Virus record (IMG/VR): IMGVR_UViG_3300005077_000017
Length of the DNA stretch: 64,000 nt
Strand: one strand, 5' to 3'
Source: a virus
Under the pieces are notes generated by a model, which saw only the letters and a program-made list of their open reading frames with translations, was not told the origin of the DNA and ran no database searches. This document shows positions 1 to 9,991 of the stretch, in pieces. Positions within the stretch are counted from its first letter, which is position 1, and every line of letters starts with the position of its first letter. Made by a program: the position numbers and the translations under genes.

Positions 1-164
1 TAGTGCCCCCAAAAATTACACTGACTCCTGAACAAAGAGCGGAGAGACACCGTAAATGGATCTCTCAACAGTTGAAAGGAAATCCTATTCTAAATAAGCT
101 CAAGAAGGTGGCTCCTCAAGCTCCTCCTGAAATAATAGAAGAGCGAGAGTTGGACAACGATTAA
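1..164 (+). CDS. 3' end of a hypothetical protein (partial)
   Basis: Open frame from base 3 (VPPKITLTPEQRAERHRKW...RELDND) ending TAA 162-164; start lies outside the window. Confidence 0.6.
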   Translation, partial: VPPKITLTPEQRAERHRKWISQQLKGNPILNKLKKVAPQAPPEIIEERELDND

Positions 165-244
165 TAATTAGTATACCTTTTTGATATACACATAAATTAC
201 ATAACTCCATGTAATTGGAGTAATTAATACGTTGGAGATTTTAG

Positions 245-1312
245 ATGTATAGACCCGACAAAGCCGAAGCAAAGTTCACTGGTGAGATCCTGAATGACCC
301 GGTTATTACCTCGGACGGAAACAAGGAGACCGTTCGTGCTTGGGGAATCACCAATCAATTCTATGATCCTTCGGCACCGGAAGATATTCAACATAACGCC
401 CGTTATGTGGTTGGATTTAAAGGGTCAGGTCCAATTGGTAAAGAGATGATTAAAGTGATTAAGAAGGGAAGAAGATGTTTTGTTAAGGGGTCTGTTGCAA
501 CCCGCCGCACCTATATCTTTGATCATTCAGATGAGCAGCCCAAGCTGCTACAAGTTCAGTTTGATGGGCTTGATATTGATTATAACAGGGTGAAAACCAC
601 CCGTGGATTCAAATTCTTTGCTTCCATTGAAGAATGGAATGCGTGGTGGAATGTTTGGAAGAAGTTTCTTCCTAAGAAAGTAATTGCTAATACCGAAGCG
701 CCCGAAGCGTTTCCGGTAGCACTTCTGGAAAAAGAAGAACTCCTGATGTACGTCACAGACGTTATCGGAGTAACAGATACGGCTAACTACAAAGATCGTT
801 TTGAACTCGAAAGCGTTGGGACATTCACCAACGATCCGTCGATAAAAACAGATGGTGACAGAGAAATTGCTTATTTGCGATTCATCACGAATCCATTTAG
901 GCGCAAGTATAATGAGAATGGAGAGGAGATTGATCTTCTCATTCAGAATATGCTCCGAACCTATTTCGGAGTTGTAGTGAAGAATCGAGTAAACAAAGTC
1001 AAGACTGATATCAAGAAGAGAACTAGGGCCAAGTTGGAAGGGTTGATAGGTGCCGTGAAAGGAACCTATTCAATTATTTTGAGAGATGGATCTCGGTTTA
1101 CCATGTACGACACAGATGCCGAGAATAATATTAAGAAGGATGCCAACGGTAATCCCATTCCGTTGGAGAGAATTGAACCCAGAATTCATCTCCAAAGTTA
1201 CATGGTAATTGATGATAGAAATAACGAAGAGGTAAAAGAGGATGGCGTGTTGCAGGATGCAATGCGTCGTGGAGCTGAAACTGAGACTGAAGACAAGGAG
1301 GCTACTGCGTGA
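245..1312 (+). CDS. SSB-like protein with two tandem OB-fold domains
   Basis: Two SSB-like segments: FTGEILNDP...VIKKGRRCFVKGSVATR and SVGTFTNDP...IAYLRFITN...IKKRTRAKLEG; acidic tail; GGAG upstream. Confidence 0.55.
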   Translation: MYRPDKAEAKFTGEILNDPVITSDGNKETVRAWGITNQFYDPSAPEDIQHNARYVVGFKGSGPIGKEMIKVIKKGRRCFVKGSVATRRTYIFDHSDEQPKLLQVQFDGLDIDYNRVKTTRGFKFFASIEEWNAWWNVWKKFLPKKVIANTEAPEAFPVALLEKEELLMYVTDVIGVTDTANYKDRFELESVGTFTNDPSIKTDGDREIAYLRFITNPFRRKYNENGEEIDLLIQNMLRTYFGVVVKNRVNKVKTDIKKRTRAKLEGLIGAVKGTYSIILRDGSRFTMYDTDAENNIKKDANGNPIPLERIEPRIHLQSYMVIDDRNNEEVKEDGVLQDAMRRGAETETEDKEATA

Positions 1313-1458
1313 AATTACATCCGATAAAGAAGAGAGTGGTAAGGATTGAAGACCTGAATTCTTTCAAAGATGTGAAGGAAGTTTGCGATATGTGCCAAAA
1401 TGGAATGACTTGTCATTCCTGTCTGGTCAACGCCGTATGGAATTCTATTAAGAGCTAA
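1309..1458 (+). CDS. small Cys-rich protein (49 aa, CxxC...CxxC), missing from ORF track
   Basis: GTG overlapping the upstream TGA, AAGGAGG 7 nt upstream; MKLHPIKKR...CDMC...CHSC...SIKS*. Confidence 0.65.
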   Translation: MKLHPIKKRVVRIEDLNSFKDVKEVCDMCQNGMTCHSCLVNAVWNSIKS

Positions 1459-1470
1459 CCTAGTATCTAA

Positions 1471-1496
1471 AGCAGGGGGCGTAAAAACCCCCTGCT
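1471..1496 (+). terminator. GC-rich hairpin, possible terminator or processing site
   Basis: AGCAGGGGG-CGTAAAAA-CCCCCTGCT perfect 9-bp stem between genes; no clear U-tract. Confidence 0.5.
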
Positions 1497-1525
1497 ATCC
1501 CCATAATATAAGAAAGGGTTTCATC

Positions 1526-2131
1526 ATGAACAGTTGGACAAAGGAAGAGCAACGTGTTGCTCTATTAAACTCACTAAACCGAGCTTTAAGCTCACTAACC
1601 ACACAATATCAAGATTATCTCCCAGAGCCAGTTCTTGAGCGAGCTTTTGAGCGATCAAAGATTCATTCGGAAAGTATTCTAAGATTTATACCGAATGTAT
1701 CTGATGACGTTCAATCGCTTTCTCAAGGGCTGGTTCTGGGAGGTCTCTATAGCGGTTTTTTGTGTGGCTTCCTTAAAGCACACTTGAAAGGAGGATTTGA
1801 ATTACCACCTTTAGCAGGAGATCCAGAAGAAGCAGACACAAGACTAGATAAACTTGAAGATTTATTTGTGCATGCTTATCAATGTAAAGAAGATGCATTA
1901 CTGTACGCAACACATTCTTCTAGTATGGTATTTTCTAATTTAAAAAAACTTCCAAGTCCATTGATAGAAGGTATGTCAGAAGAAGATGTGGATTTAATTG
2001 AATTTATGTTTAAATGTTCACTTTATGCTGGATTCATGGACGGATTTGAAAATGCTATAATAGAAGGAAACGTACCATTAGATGTGTCTAAAATAGAATT
2101 CAAAGACTTTGCTTTTCTAAATGAAATGTAG
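1526..2131 (+). CDS. hypothetical protein with internal duplication
   Basis: 201-aa ORF; LYSGFLCGF and LYAGFMDGF end two similar halves. Confidence 0.75.
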   Translation: MNSWTKEEQRVALLNSLNRALSSLTTQYQDYLPEPVLERAFERSKIHSESILRFIPNVSDDVQSLSQGLVLGGLYSGFLCGFLKAHLKGGFELPPLAGDPEEADTRLDKLEDLFVHAYQCKEDALLYATHSSSMVFSNLKKLPSPLIEGMSEEDVDLIEFMFKCSLYAGFMDGFENAIIEGNVPLDVSKIEFKDFAFLNEM

Positions 2132-2363
2132 ACACAAAGGAAAGATATATGAGAAAAAACAAAAACAACAAAGATAATATCAAGATAGAAGATTTATTTT
2201 TAGCTCCTGATACTAAAGAAAATAGATTCCTAATAAAGAGAGCCCATAGGGAGATAGAGAAAGAATTTGGGAGATGTGAGAAGTATAATAGAGATTGTGC
2301 CAAAAAAAGAATAAGATAACAACATAAAAAAACTAAAGGAGAAATGAAATCAAAGCTATAGCC

Positions 2364-2858
2364 TTGGTTATTATAATAGCAATTATACCAATTATAACAA
2401 TTGCATATGCTATAGGAAGTCTCACTAATACTTCAAATGCTATTAATAAACCAAATATTACAGATATAGAAAAAGTAAAAAATTCAATTCAATATTTTGA
2501 GAAAGATGGAAGATGCTATGCTGTTACGTTTTGGGCTACTGCTCCGATGGGGTTTGGACATTCTATCACGCAAATTTCGTGTAAATAAAAAAGTAAAATT
2601 GGAGGATGTATGTCCTTAACTATTTCTCAAAAGGATACAATTGTAGGAATATCTTTTCTTGTTATAATTCTATTTATTGTATGTTGTGGTTTTTCTAATC
2701 TAAGTGGTTTTACGTCTGGAACGATTAATGGGTATAGAAGTGCTTATATTCTTCAAAAAGAAAATAAACTTGATGATTTTATGAAAGTTAATCACCCAGA
2801 TCTTTGGATAAAATATAATATAGATGCAAAAGAACAAAAAAGGGATAAAGATGAGTGA
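2364..2858 (+). CDS. two small membrane-anchored hypothetical proteins (2364-2588, 2610-2858)
   Basis: Each begins with a hydrophobic helix; GGAGG before 2610. Confidence 0.6.
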
Positions 2859-3306
2859 CTCCGCAATTGCAGTTTTTTCTGTAGTTTTGTTTGTAGTTTC
2901 TTATGCTTATTTAGTGTACTATTTCATTATGTTACGAGCATCTAAAGATATACTAAAGTATTTAGATTCTTTAATAGATCTTACATCAAATAATATAGTA
3001 CAGTGGAGAAAATGGAAATTCCAAGAATATCCTTGGGAATGGGTCGGTGAGCTTGCTTCAGCAAAACTTAGATATCATTTTCATATTTCTAATAAAAGTT
3101 TGCTATGGAGTATAGCACATAAATGTAGGTTTTTACATATTTATCAAATTCCAGATATAGATGATTATGGGTCATATGGTAGGCATATATTCAACATATC
3201 TATTACTCCTGCTCACAAGCTTAAAAGACTAGAAGATGCTATTATTAAGCAAGTTGGTTCTGATTTACCTAAAGAAGAAAGAATAATTAACATTAGTAAA
3301 CTATAA
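2851..3306 (+). CDS. membrane-anchored hypothetical protein, paralog of next gene
   Basis: Start moved to ATG 2851 (AGGGA upstream); N-terminal TM; RFLHIY and ITPA..L.DAI.K..G motifs shared with 3328-3798. Confidence 0.7.
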   Translation: MSDSAIAVFSVVLFVVSYAYLVYYFIMLRASKDILKYLDSLIDLTSNNIVQWRKWKFQEYPWEWVGELASAKLRYHFHISNKSLLWSIAHKCRFLHIYQIPDIDDYGSYGRHIFNISITPAHKLKRLEDAIIKQVGSDLPKEERIINISKL

Positions 3307-3327
3307 AAAAGGAAGGATACTTTAACA

Positions 3328-3798
3328 ATGACATTATCGTTGTATTGCTTTGTAATTTCTCCTGTATTATGGATTGTGTTGCTTTGGCTTGTAGGAGTTT
3401 TATTCATTGATATTAGAGCTTCTAAAAAAGATAAAGAATTGATGGCAAGAGTAATTGAAGATACTATTATTGGGCAGATCAAATGGAGTACTATATCAAA
3501 TCCTTTTACTTGGAAGCAACAATGGTTTGGAGAAAATGCTAATAATCAAACAAGGTACTATTTATCAAAAAGCACATCATTTCCTTTATCTCCTTTCAAA
3601 AACAGATTTTTGCACATTTATAAATATACAGAAAAAGATACTGTGTATGGAGATAAAATAGCATTTATAGGTATAACACCTGCAGATTTATTACTGATGC
3701 TAGAAAAAGCAATAGAAAAAAAGACTGGTAAAAAATTAGAAACTGATGATTTTTATAATAATTATAAAGGGTATAATAATATAATGGAGAAAAATTAA
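3328..3798 (+). CDS. membrane-anchored hypothetical protein, paralog of previous gene
   Basis: N-terminal TM; RFLHIY and ITPA...LEKAIEKKTG. Confidence 0.7.
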   Translation: MTLSLYCFVISPVLWIVLLWLVGVLFIDIRASKKDKELMARVIEDTIIGQIKWSTISNPFTWKQQWFGENANNQTRYYLSKSTSFPLSPFKNRFLHIYKYTEKDTVYGDKIAFIGITPADLLLMLEKAIEKKTGKKLETDDFYNNYKGYNNIMEKN

Positions 3799-4331
3799 TG
3801 TATTGCTATTTTAGGCCTTTAGAAAAAAAACCCCTAGATATAGGTAAAGGGTGTCTCTACTTGGAAGCATCTACTAATGGAAGAGAATGGCGTGTTAAAG
3901 ATTTATGCACGTATACTCTCTACTTTACTTCATTTACTGAAGCTAAATTGATGTATGATAAAAGTGATACCTATGCAAAATTTGTGCACTATTGGAATAA
4001 AATACACGACATAACAGATCAATGGAATAAAGAGATTATCTATGAAGGAATAAAATTCACAAATGACGCTGGAGATGTATACTTAACTGAATATATAGAA
4101 CCTGTAATACCAGACTATACAAAAGGAAAATCTTGGTCTTGGGCATTAGAAAAACTATTGGAAGGCAAAAAGGTAAGATGGATGGATTGGGGGCATGGTA
4201 GCTATTTGGTTACAAGCGATGGATATTTAGAGAGATATTCACATATACGTAGTAGGTGTCATTATATGGGTAGGTATGCTTTATCAATAGAAAAAATGAC
4301 TGTAAACAAATGGGAATTATATGAAGAGTAA
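3798..4331 (+). CDS. protein with C-terminal DUF2829/Tad2-like domain
   Basis: WALEKLLEGKKVRWMDWG...LSIEKMTVNKWELYE resembles the family pattern FxEALxxLKxGKKVxRxGW...SxxDMLAxDWE. Confidence 0.45.
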   Translation: MYCYFRPLEKKPLDIGKGCLYLEASTNGREWRVKDLCTYTLYFTSFTEAKLMYDKSDTYAKFVHYWNKIHDITDQWNKEIIYEGIKFTNDAGDVYLTEYIEPVIPDYTKGKSWSWALEKLLEGKKVRWMDWGHGSYLVTSDGYLERYSHIRSRCHYMGRYALSIEKMTVNKWELYEE

Positions 4332-4336
4332 AAGCA

Positions 4337-5306
4337 ATGTACTTGAGTGAAACAGTTAGTTTTTTAATAGTATTTTTGTTTACAATATTTATTTCTTTAA
4401 GTATTTTAGCGAATTTTCTTATAATCAAAGGTACTTCCTTTTTTAAAAGTATACTAATTTATTCATCAATAGCCACCTACCCTATAGCTGGGATAAGTAC
4501 TGTGATACATTTTGATAATCCGAACATGTTAGCCTTATTATTCCCATTCGCTTTTTTATTACCATTTGCTATTGCTAATTTACCATTTGAAGGGATGTAA
4601 AAAACAATGCGTCTAGGAAAGAACGAACTTTGCAACTCATGCGAGGAAGATTAGCATGGAACAACTAACAATACTATCTTGCGATAATTGTCTAAGTAGT
4701 TTATGGACAATAATGATGAATAAAGAGCAGGAATTAGTGTACATGTGCGCCGGATGTGGTGAACAGTTCGACGCTAAAACAATGCAATCTGACCTTGTTC
4801 AACTAGTAAAAGAAACTTATAATTAAAAAATCGTATAATGGGGTAACAAAATACATGAAAAAGCAAAAACTAGGAAAACAACCACTAACTGATGAAGAAA
4901 TAGAGTTAATAGAAAACATTTATAAGAAGATAATAAAAGTATTAAAAAAAGAATTATTACCAGGATTAAAAGAAATTATTGACAAGAAAGTTAAAATGTC
5001 CCCACGATCATATCTATATTACGATAGTTTTAATGATTTCTGTGTGGATGAAGCTAGGTCACTAGCAGACTCAATAATAGCAGATGAGTTGTACAACTCA
5101 TGAAAATAATTATTCCTTTTACAATATGTATTTTAACAGGGGTTCTTCTAAGCTTTTTTACTTACTTAATTTGGTATGAAGGTTATAATCCAGTAATACT
5201 TTTATTGTTATTTGTCTTACCTACTTTAACTTCTATTGAAATGCCTTGGATGAAGAGACTATATGAGGAAAAAGAAAACAAACCTAGCACTACAAATTAC
5301 AGATAA
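4337..5306 (+). CDS. run of small hypothetical genes (4337-4600 membrane, a CxxC..CxxC ORF near 4656-4826, 4855-5103, 5100-5306 membrane)
   Basis: Contiguous + strand ORFs with hydrophobic or Zn-ribbon character. Confidence 0.55.
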
Positions 5307-5934
5307 AAATAAAGGAATTCTAACTCAAAAAGAGATTGAAGATTTTTTATCTAAAATGACTTGGAAAGACGTAGAACTATTATCAGTAGAACAACCTAAA
5401 GAAGTAAAAGGTTACTGCGAAAAGAATAAGCACTTTGTTGGTCAAGGTACCTGCATAGCCAAAAAGTTTTTTAATTATGGTAAAACTTCTTATGACTGTT
5501 GTTCTTGTTTTTCAGACGAAATACTAGAGCAATTAAATTATATATTTCAATATAATTACGATGGTTTATACATTGCTGAGTGGAGAAAAATACAAGAACG
5601 TAAACCAAAAGCAAAAGAGAAACCAAAGGATGACACAAAACCAACCGTTCGTCGTCGTGCTAGGGTGGGAAACAAGCCCGAGAGTGATAGTCCAAGAACC
5701 AACAAACCTGAAGAATCTATGAAAAAACCACGAGGACGCCCTAAAAAGAATGTAGACGAAACCATACAAGAAACTACACATACTAATGAGCCAACTCCTA
5801 TCGTTAAAAGAGGGCGTGGAAGACCACGTAAAAATCCTTTGCCAGATCCAGTATTATTAACATTAGAAACAACAGAAGTAGGTACTCCTCTAAAAAGAGG
5901 AAGAGGGAGACCAAGGAAAAATGAAAATGTCTAG
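5263..5934 (+). CDS. AT-hook DNA-binding protein
   Basis: KPRGRPKK, KRGRGRPRK and KRGRGRPRK in a Pro/Thr/Glu-rich tail; Cys cluster in N-terminal half. Confidence 0.7.
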   Translation: MRKKKTNLALQITDKNKGILTQKEIEDFLSKMTWKDVELLSVEQPKEVKGYCEKNKHFVGQGTCIAKKFFNYGKTSYDCCSCFSDEILEQLNYIFQYNYDGLYIAEWRKIQERKPKAKEKPKDDTKPTVRRRARVGNKPESDSPRTNKPEESMKKPRGRPKKNVDETIQETTHTNEPTPIVKRGRGRPRKNPLPDPVLLTLETTEVGTPLKRGRGRPRKNENV

Positions 5935-8296
5935 AAGTCGCATTGTAGCATCCGTTGTTATATTCTTTGTGGGCATGTTCTGTTGGGGAATGGTTATATG
6001 TGATATGTTTAATTATTTTAATTTTAATTTGGGTATAGGTCTTATTGCTACATTTGTATTTGGTGTAAGTGCTGGTGCTGTTTTCACATACGACATCATA
6101 CGCTTAATTTTGGATTAAAAAATATGGATAAAAACCCTCCATCCGCATCAAAATATTTTTTATATTTAGCATTATCTATGATATGCTTGTTTACTTACAC
6201 TTATTCAATTGAACAATTAATTGATTATTCTCAAGATTGGGGTTTGTTAATTCTTGCAGTACCTTTAGCAATGTTCCTTTCCAAAGGGGATTATAAAATA
6301 TGGAAAGAGTACAAAGAGTGGTATGACCGTATCTAGAACGCTTCTTGCTATATTAATATATTCAAACGTAATTACATTTGGAATAATCTTAGGCTCTCTT
6401 TGTGATTATTTTGATAGTGTGTATCCTCTCATTATGGCTATACCTTTTAGTATATTAAATGGGTATGGTTTAACCGCAACAGCTGAACAGTTGAGGGATA
6501 AGTGGTTCCCTAAAGGAGTAGCAATGAGTCTACGTTCAATTAAGTTATCAAATATAGAGAATTCTATTATGTATTTTGAGAATCAAATAGATGTACTAGA
6601 CAGATTAAAGAAGGAAGGAGTTAACACTATTGATGAAGGTATTGAAAAATACCAACAGTTTATCAAAGAACTAAAAGAAGAACGAGAAGAAGTAAAAGCA
6701 GAATCAAATGTTTAAAACTATAGATGAACAAATTGAATATTTAGAATCCCTTACTGCAAGGCTACTTAGAGAGAAACTAGATACTCCTGACAAAAAGAGA
6801 CAATATTCAGTTGCTCGTGAAAGACTTGAAGAATTGAGAGCTATGTGGCTGGATATAGATGAACATAAATTACCGCAAGACCCATATTATGATTTAGAAG
6901 AAAAAGTTAGTTACCATCCTAAATGTATGGATTGTGATTGTTTCCCGGCCGGGAGCAAAGAATGCAAAAATAAACCCGAATGTGAAGAGGAGGATATTAG
7001 TGGCAGGTTGTAATGAGGATCTAATAAGAGGATTTAGTGTTGGAGCACTTATAACTGCTGGAATATTAATACTCTCTTTTATTATTTTTAATAAAGCATG
7101 GGATGATGGATATAAAACAGCTTATAGGGATTATAAAATAATTGGAGAACCAGTCTTTAGTGAAAGGGTTAAGAATGCATATCCTGATTTAGAAAAAGAG
7201 AAAAAAGAGGGAACTAAATGATCGAATACATAACACATACAAAATTTAAAGATTCAAAAGACGAATTTTATATTCTATATGGTTATCCATCAGACGATGG
7301 GGTTACTCGTTCTTTAGTTGATAATTTTCCAACATTTCTTCAATCTGGAAAAGATTACATGATTGGTCATATTAGGTCTGCAGCTAGAGATTTAACATTG
7401 GATTCTACCTATGTAGTGAGATATTCTTTAGATATAAAAGAAGTAGATTTCAAGAAATTAGGAGTTATATTCATGTTAATGAAAATGAAAAAGTTCTCAG
7501 AAGAGAATGAGATCTTGGACTGTACAGATAAAAGTTTACATCACATAGTTGATACCGTAATCCCAAAGCTGTACAACGAGGTAGATTACGAAGTAAATAA
7601 AGATACTGTATTTTCTATTAAACTAATAGGGAATTCTTCCTTAGTAGATATAAATAAATCTTTAGAGTTATTTGAAAACCATTTTAATAAAATTGATAAT
7701 AAGGTAAAGGTATATGCACTATGAAAAATCCTAGAGACACAAGATTAAAAAAGTGGGCAGAATTAGAAATATTACCAAAGGATTATTTATTTTTGTTAGA
7801 GGAGATGATTTCTTGGTTAAAGAATGTATGGGAAGGGAAGACTCCCTCAGCTAAACCTAAACTTTGTCAATTCATGGAGAATAATTGTGCTTCTTGTATT
7901 AACTATATTGGAATTCCAAAGCCATGTTATGAGATAGCATGGGACCCAAAGAGTAAAAGTATAGCAAAAGAAAACGGCTGGAAAATATTAGAAATTACTG
8001 GAAAATACGATAAAAAGCATTTGCCAAATACTAATAAGCATACACATAAACTAGTATATGAAGGATTAATAAAATACTATAGCACACTTGCTAAGTCTAT
8101 TAAAAGAAACCATATAGAAAATTTGATTGAAGTTAAGATAAGTAATAATGAAGTGCTTTATAAAGAAAAACCCAAAGGGGGAGATACATTAGATATGCTT
8201 TTCAAGTATAAGAAACACGCGAAACGTAATCCAGACCTAGAATATCCAGAAGATCCAGAAGATCCAGAAGACGCAGAATATATAGAAGACGAATAG
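5921..8296 (+). CDS. run of hypothetical genes (5921-6118, 6124-6336, 6323-6715, 6708-7013, ~7000-7221, 7218-7724, 7721-8296), several membrane-anchored
   Basis: Overlapping stop/start junctions, consistent AT-rich codon use; no family recognised. Confidence 0.6.
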
Positions 8297-8297
8297 C

Positions 8298-9038
8298 ATG
8301 ACAAACCAAAACACATGTAGTCGTTGTGGAGTACCCTTAACTCATTCGGAAATATTAGATTTAGAAGGAGTTTGTAGATATTGTTTCTCTAGTCAATTAG
8401 GAGTTCAAAACAATCAAATAGCTTCAGAAATAAAGGAAGAGGTAGATTTAGTTGCTAGAGATGCTAAATCATGGTTATTACAGAATGTATCCAAAGAATC
8501 TTTATTAACATTTATTAATTTATTTCCAGACTTTTTTGGGGTAACAATAGATAATTGCCCAAGTAAAATGAAAAGCCCTTATGTTACATTTTGCATAAAA
8601 AAGCATTTATATTCAACAAATGAAAAATGCCTTGTATGTAAACCAGTTAAAGACTATATAGTTAAGTTAGCTGTAACATATAATTTGCATTATAACGAAG
8701 AACCACATGATCCTGATAATGAAAAACATGTACTCAATTTTATCGAAAGGAAATGCAGTGCTTTTTGTAATTTTGAACTTAAAGGAGATTGTGATTTACA
8801 AGATATACACAAGCAAGCTAAAGAATGTATGGAATTGCATAATAAATATGGAGAAACTTTATGGAATGTTACATATTTATTAGCTGAATCTATATCAGCA
8901 ATTAATATTCATTATGTTGATACTGAATATATTGAAGAAGCTATTATCTATTACATTGCAAGAAAAAAAGTAAGGACTGAAGAAAAACAGATAGAAAAAA
9001 TAAAGCCTTCTTTATCGTTTTATAGGAGGGTTGGGTAA
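8298..9038 (+). CDS. Cys-rich hypothetical protein with C-terminal KPSLSFYRR motif
   Basis: N-terminal CxxC...CxxC; ends KPSLSFYRRVG*. Confidence 0.75.
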   Translation: MTNQNTCSRCGVPLTHSEILDLEGVCRYCFSSQLGVQNNQIASEIKEEVDLVARDAKSWLLQNVSKESLLTFINLFPDFFGVTIDNCPSKMKSPYVTFCIKKHLYSTNEKCLVCKPVKDYIVKLAVTYNLHYNEEPHDPDNEKHVLNFIERKCSAFCNFELKGDCDLQDIHKQAKECMELHNKYGETLWNVTYLLAESISAINIHYVDTEYIEEAIIYYIARKKVRTEEKQIEKIKPSLSFYRRVG

Positions 9039-9451
9039 TGGCTCCAAATGCAAAGATTAGAATTATGGGTATTCCAATAAATTATGAATTATCTAATCCT
9101 AGTCATGTTATAGTTCAACAGCTACAAAATATGCTGGATAATGTTTTAGATACAATGAAAGAAGAAAAAACTTTTTGGGATGCTTTACTACATAGAGATA
9201 AAGATAAGGTATCTATAATGTGTATGGATAAAAAATACTATTTAATTGCTAATAATAGTATTTATAATAACTTGGCAGATCAAGTAATCAATGCATTGGA
9301 GTATAAAGTAAGAACCTTACCTAGTTATATGGAAGACGATGAAGAAGCAGATTATTATGACACGTGCTATTATGGCGGTTATTATCAGAACAGGTTTATG
9401 AACACAGTAACCAAAAAACCAGAACTATCTTTTTATCGGAGAAGTGGATGA
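9038..9451 (+). CDS. hypothetical protein with C-terminal KPELSFYRR motif
   Basis: TAATG-coupled start; ends KPELSFYRRSG*. Confidence 0.75.
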   Translation: MAPNAKIRIMGIPINYELSNPSHVIVQQLQNMLDNVLDTMKEEKTFWDALLHRDKDKVSIMCMDKKYYLIANNSIYNNLADQVINALEYKVRTLPSYMEDDEEADYYDTCYYGGYYQNRFMNTVTKKPELSFYRRSG

Positions 9452-9795
9452 GGAGAATACCACCAGAAGATATTCCTTACTTTATTAGCGTGCTGGAAAA
9501 AGATAGTGAAAAAGAAAAAACTCTGTCAAGATTACTAAATAATCTAATAAAAAAACATTCTGTATACGGTAAGAATGGGAATGCTATAAGTGTACTCACA
9601 ATGGGCGGTAACATGTGCATAAGTGGATTAGTAATCCCAATGAATAGAGTTGAAGATTTAGGATTAGCTTTGCTACGTTCATTCCCAAACAGAAGAAGTA
9701 GCGAAAATCTCGGTACAATGTTATTAGATTATACGCCACCTAATGCTGTTGTAAAACCAGAATTATCTTTTTATAAAAGAGGAAATAATGACTAA
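9448..9795 (+). CDS. hypothetical protein with C-terminal KPELSFYKR motif
   Basis: Start corrected to the ATGA overlap at 9448 (MRRIPPEDIPY); ends KPELSFYKRGNND*. Confidence 0.7.
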   Translation: MRRIPPEDIPYFISVLEKDSEKEKTLSRLLNNLIKKHSVYGKNGNAISVLTMGGNMCISGLVIPMNRVEDLGLALLRSFPNRRSSENLGTMLLDYTPPNAVVKPELSFYKRGNND

Positions 9796-9991
9796 TTTTC
9801 TTACTTCTATATGGTGTATCCATACAATAATATTCATCGTATGGTGCTCATTTTTCTTCTATTATATGCCTAAAAATAAAGAAACTAGTAAACTAGCTTA
9901 CTTAGGATTATTATGGACTGCAGCTCTTTCAATAGGACTTAATATATTGACTCAATAACGTAGAAAGGTAATTGTTATACAATAAACACTC

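Noticed and set aside
5280-5306. KPSTTNYR* as a sixth copy of the LSFY tag
   Set aside because: Hydrophobic LSF core is absent and the segment overlaps the next gene; may be chance
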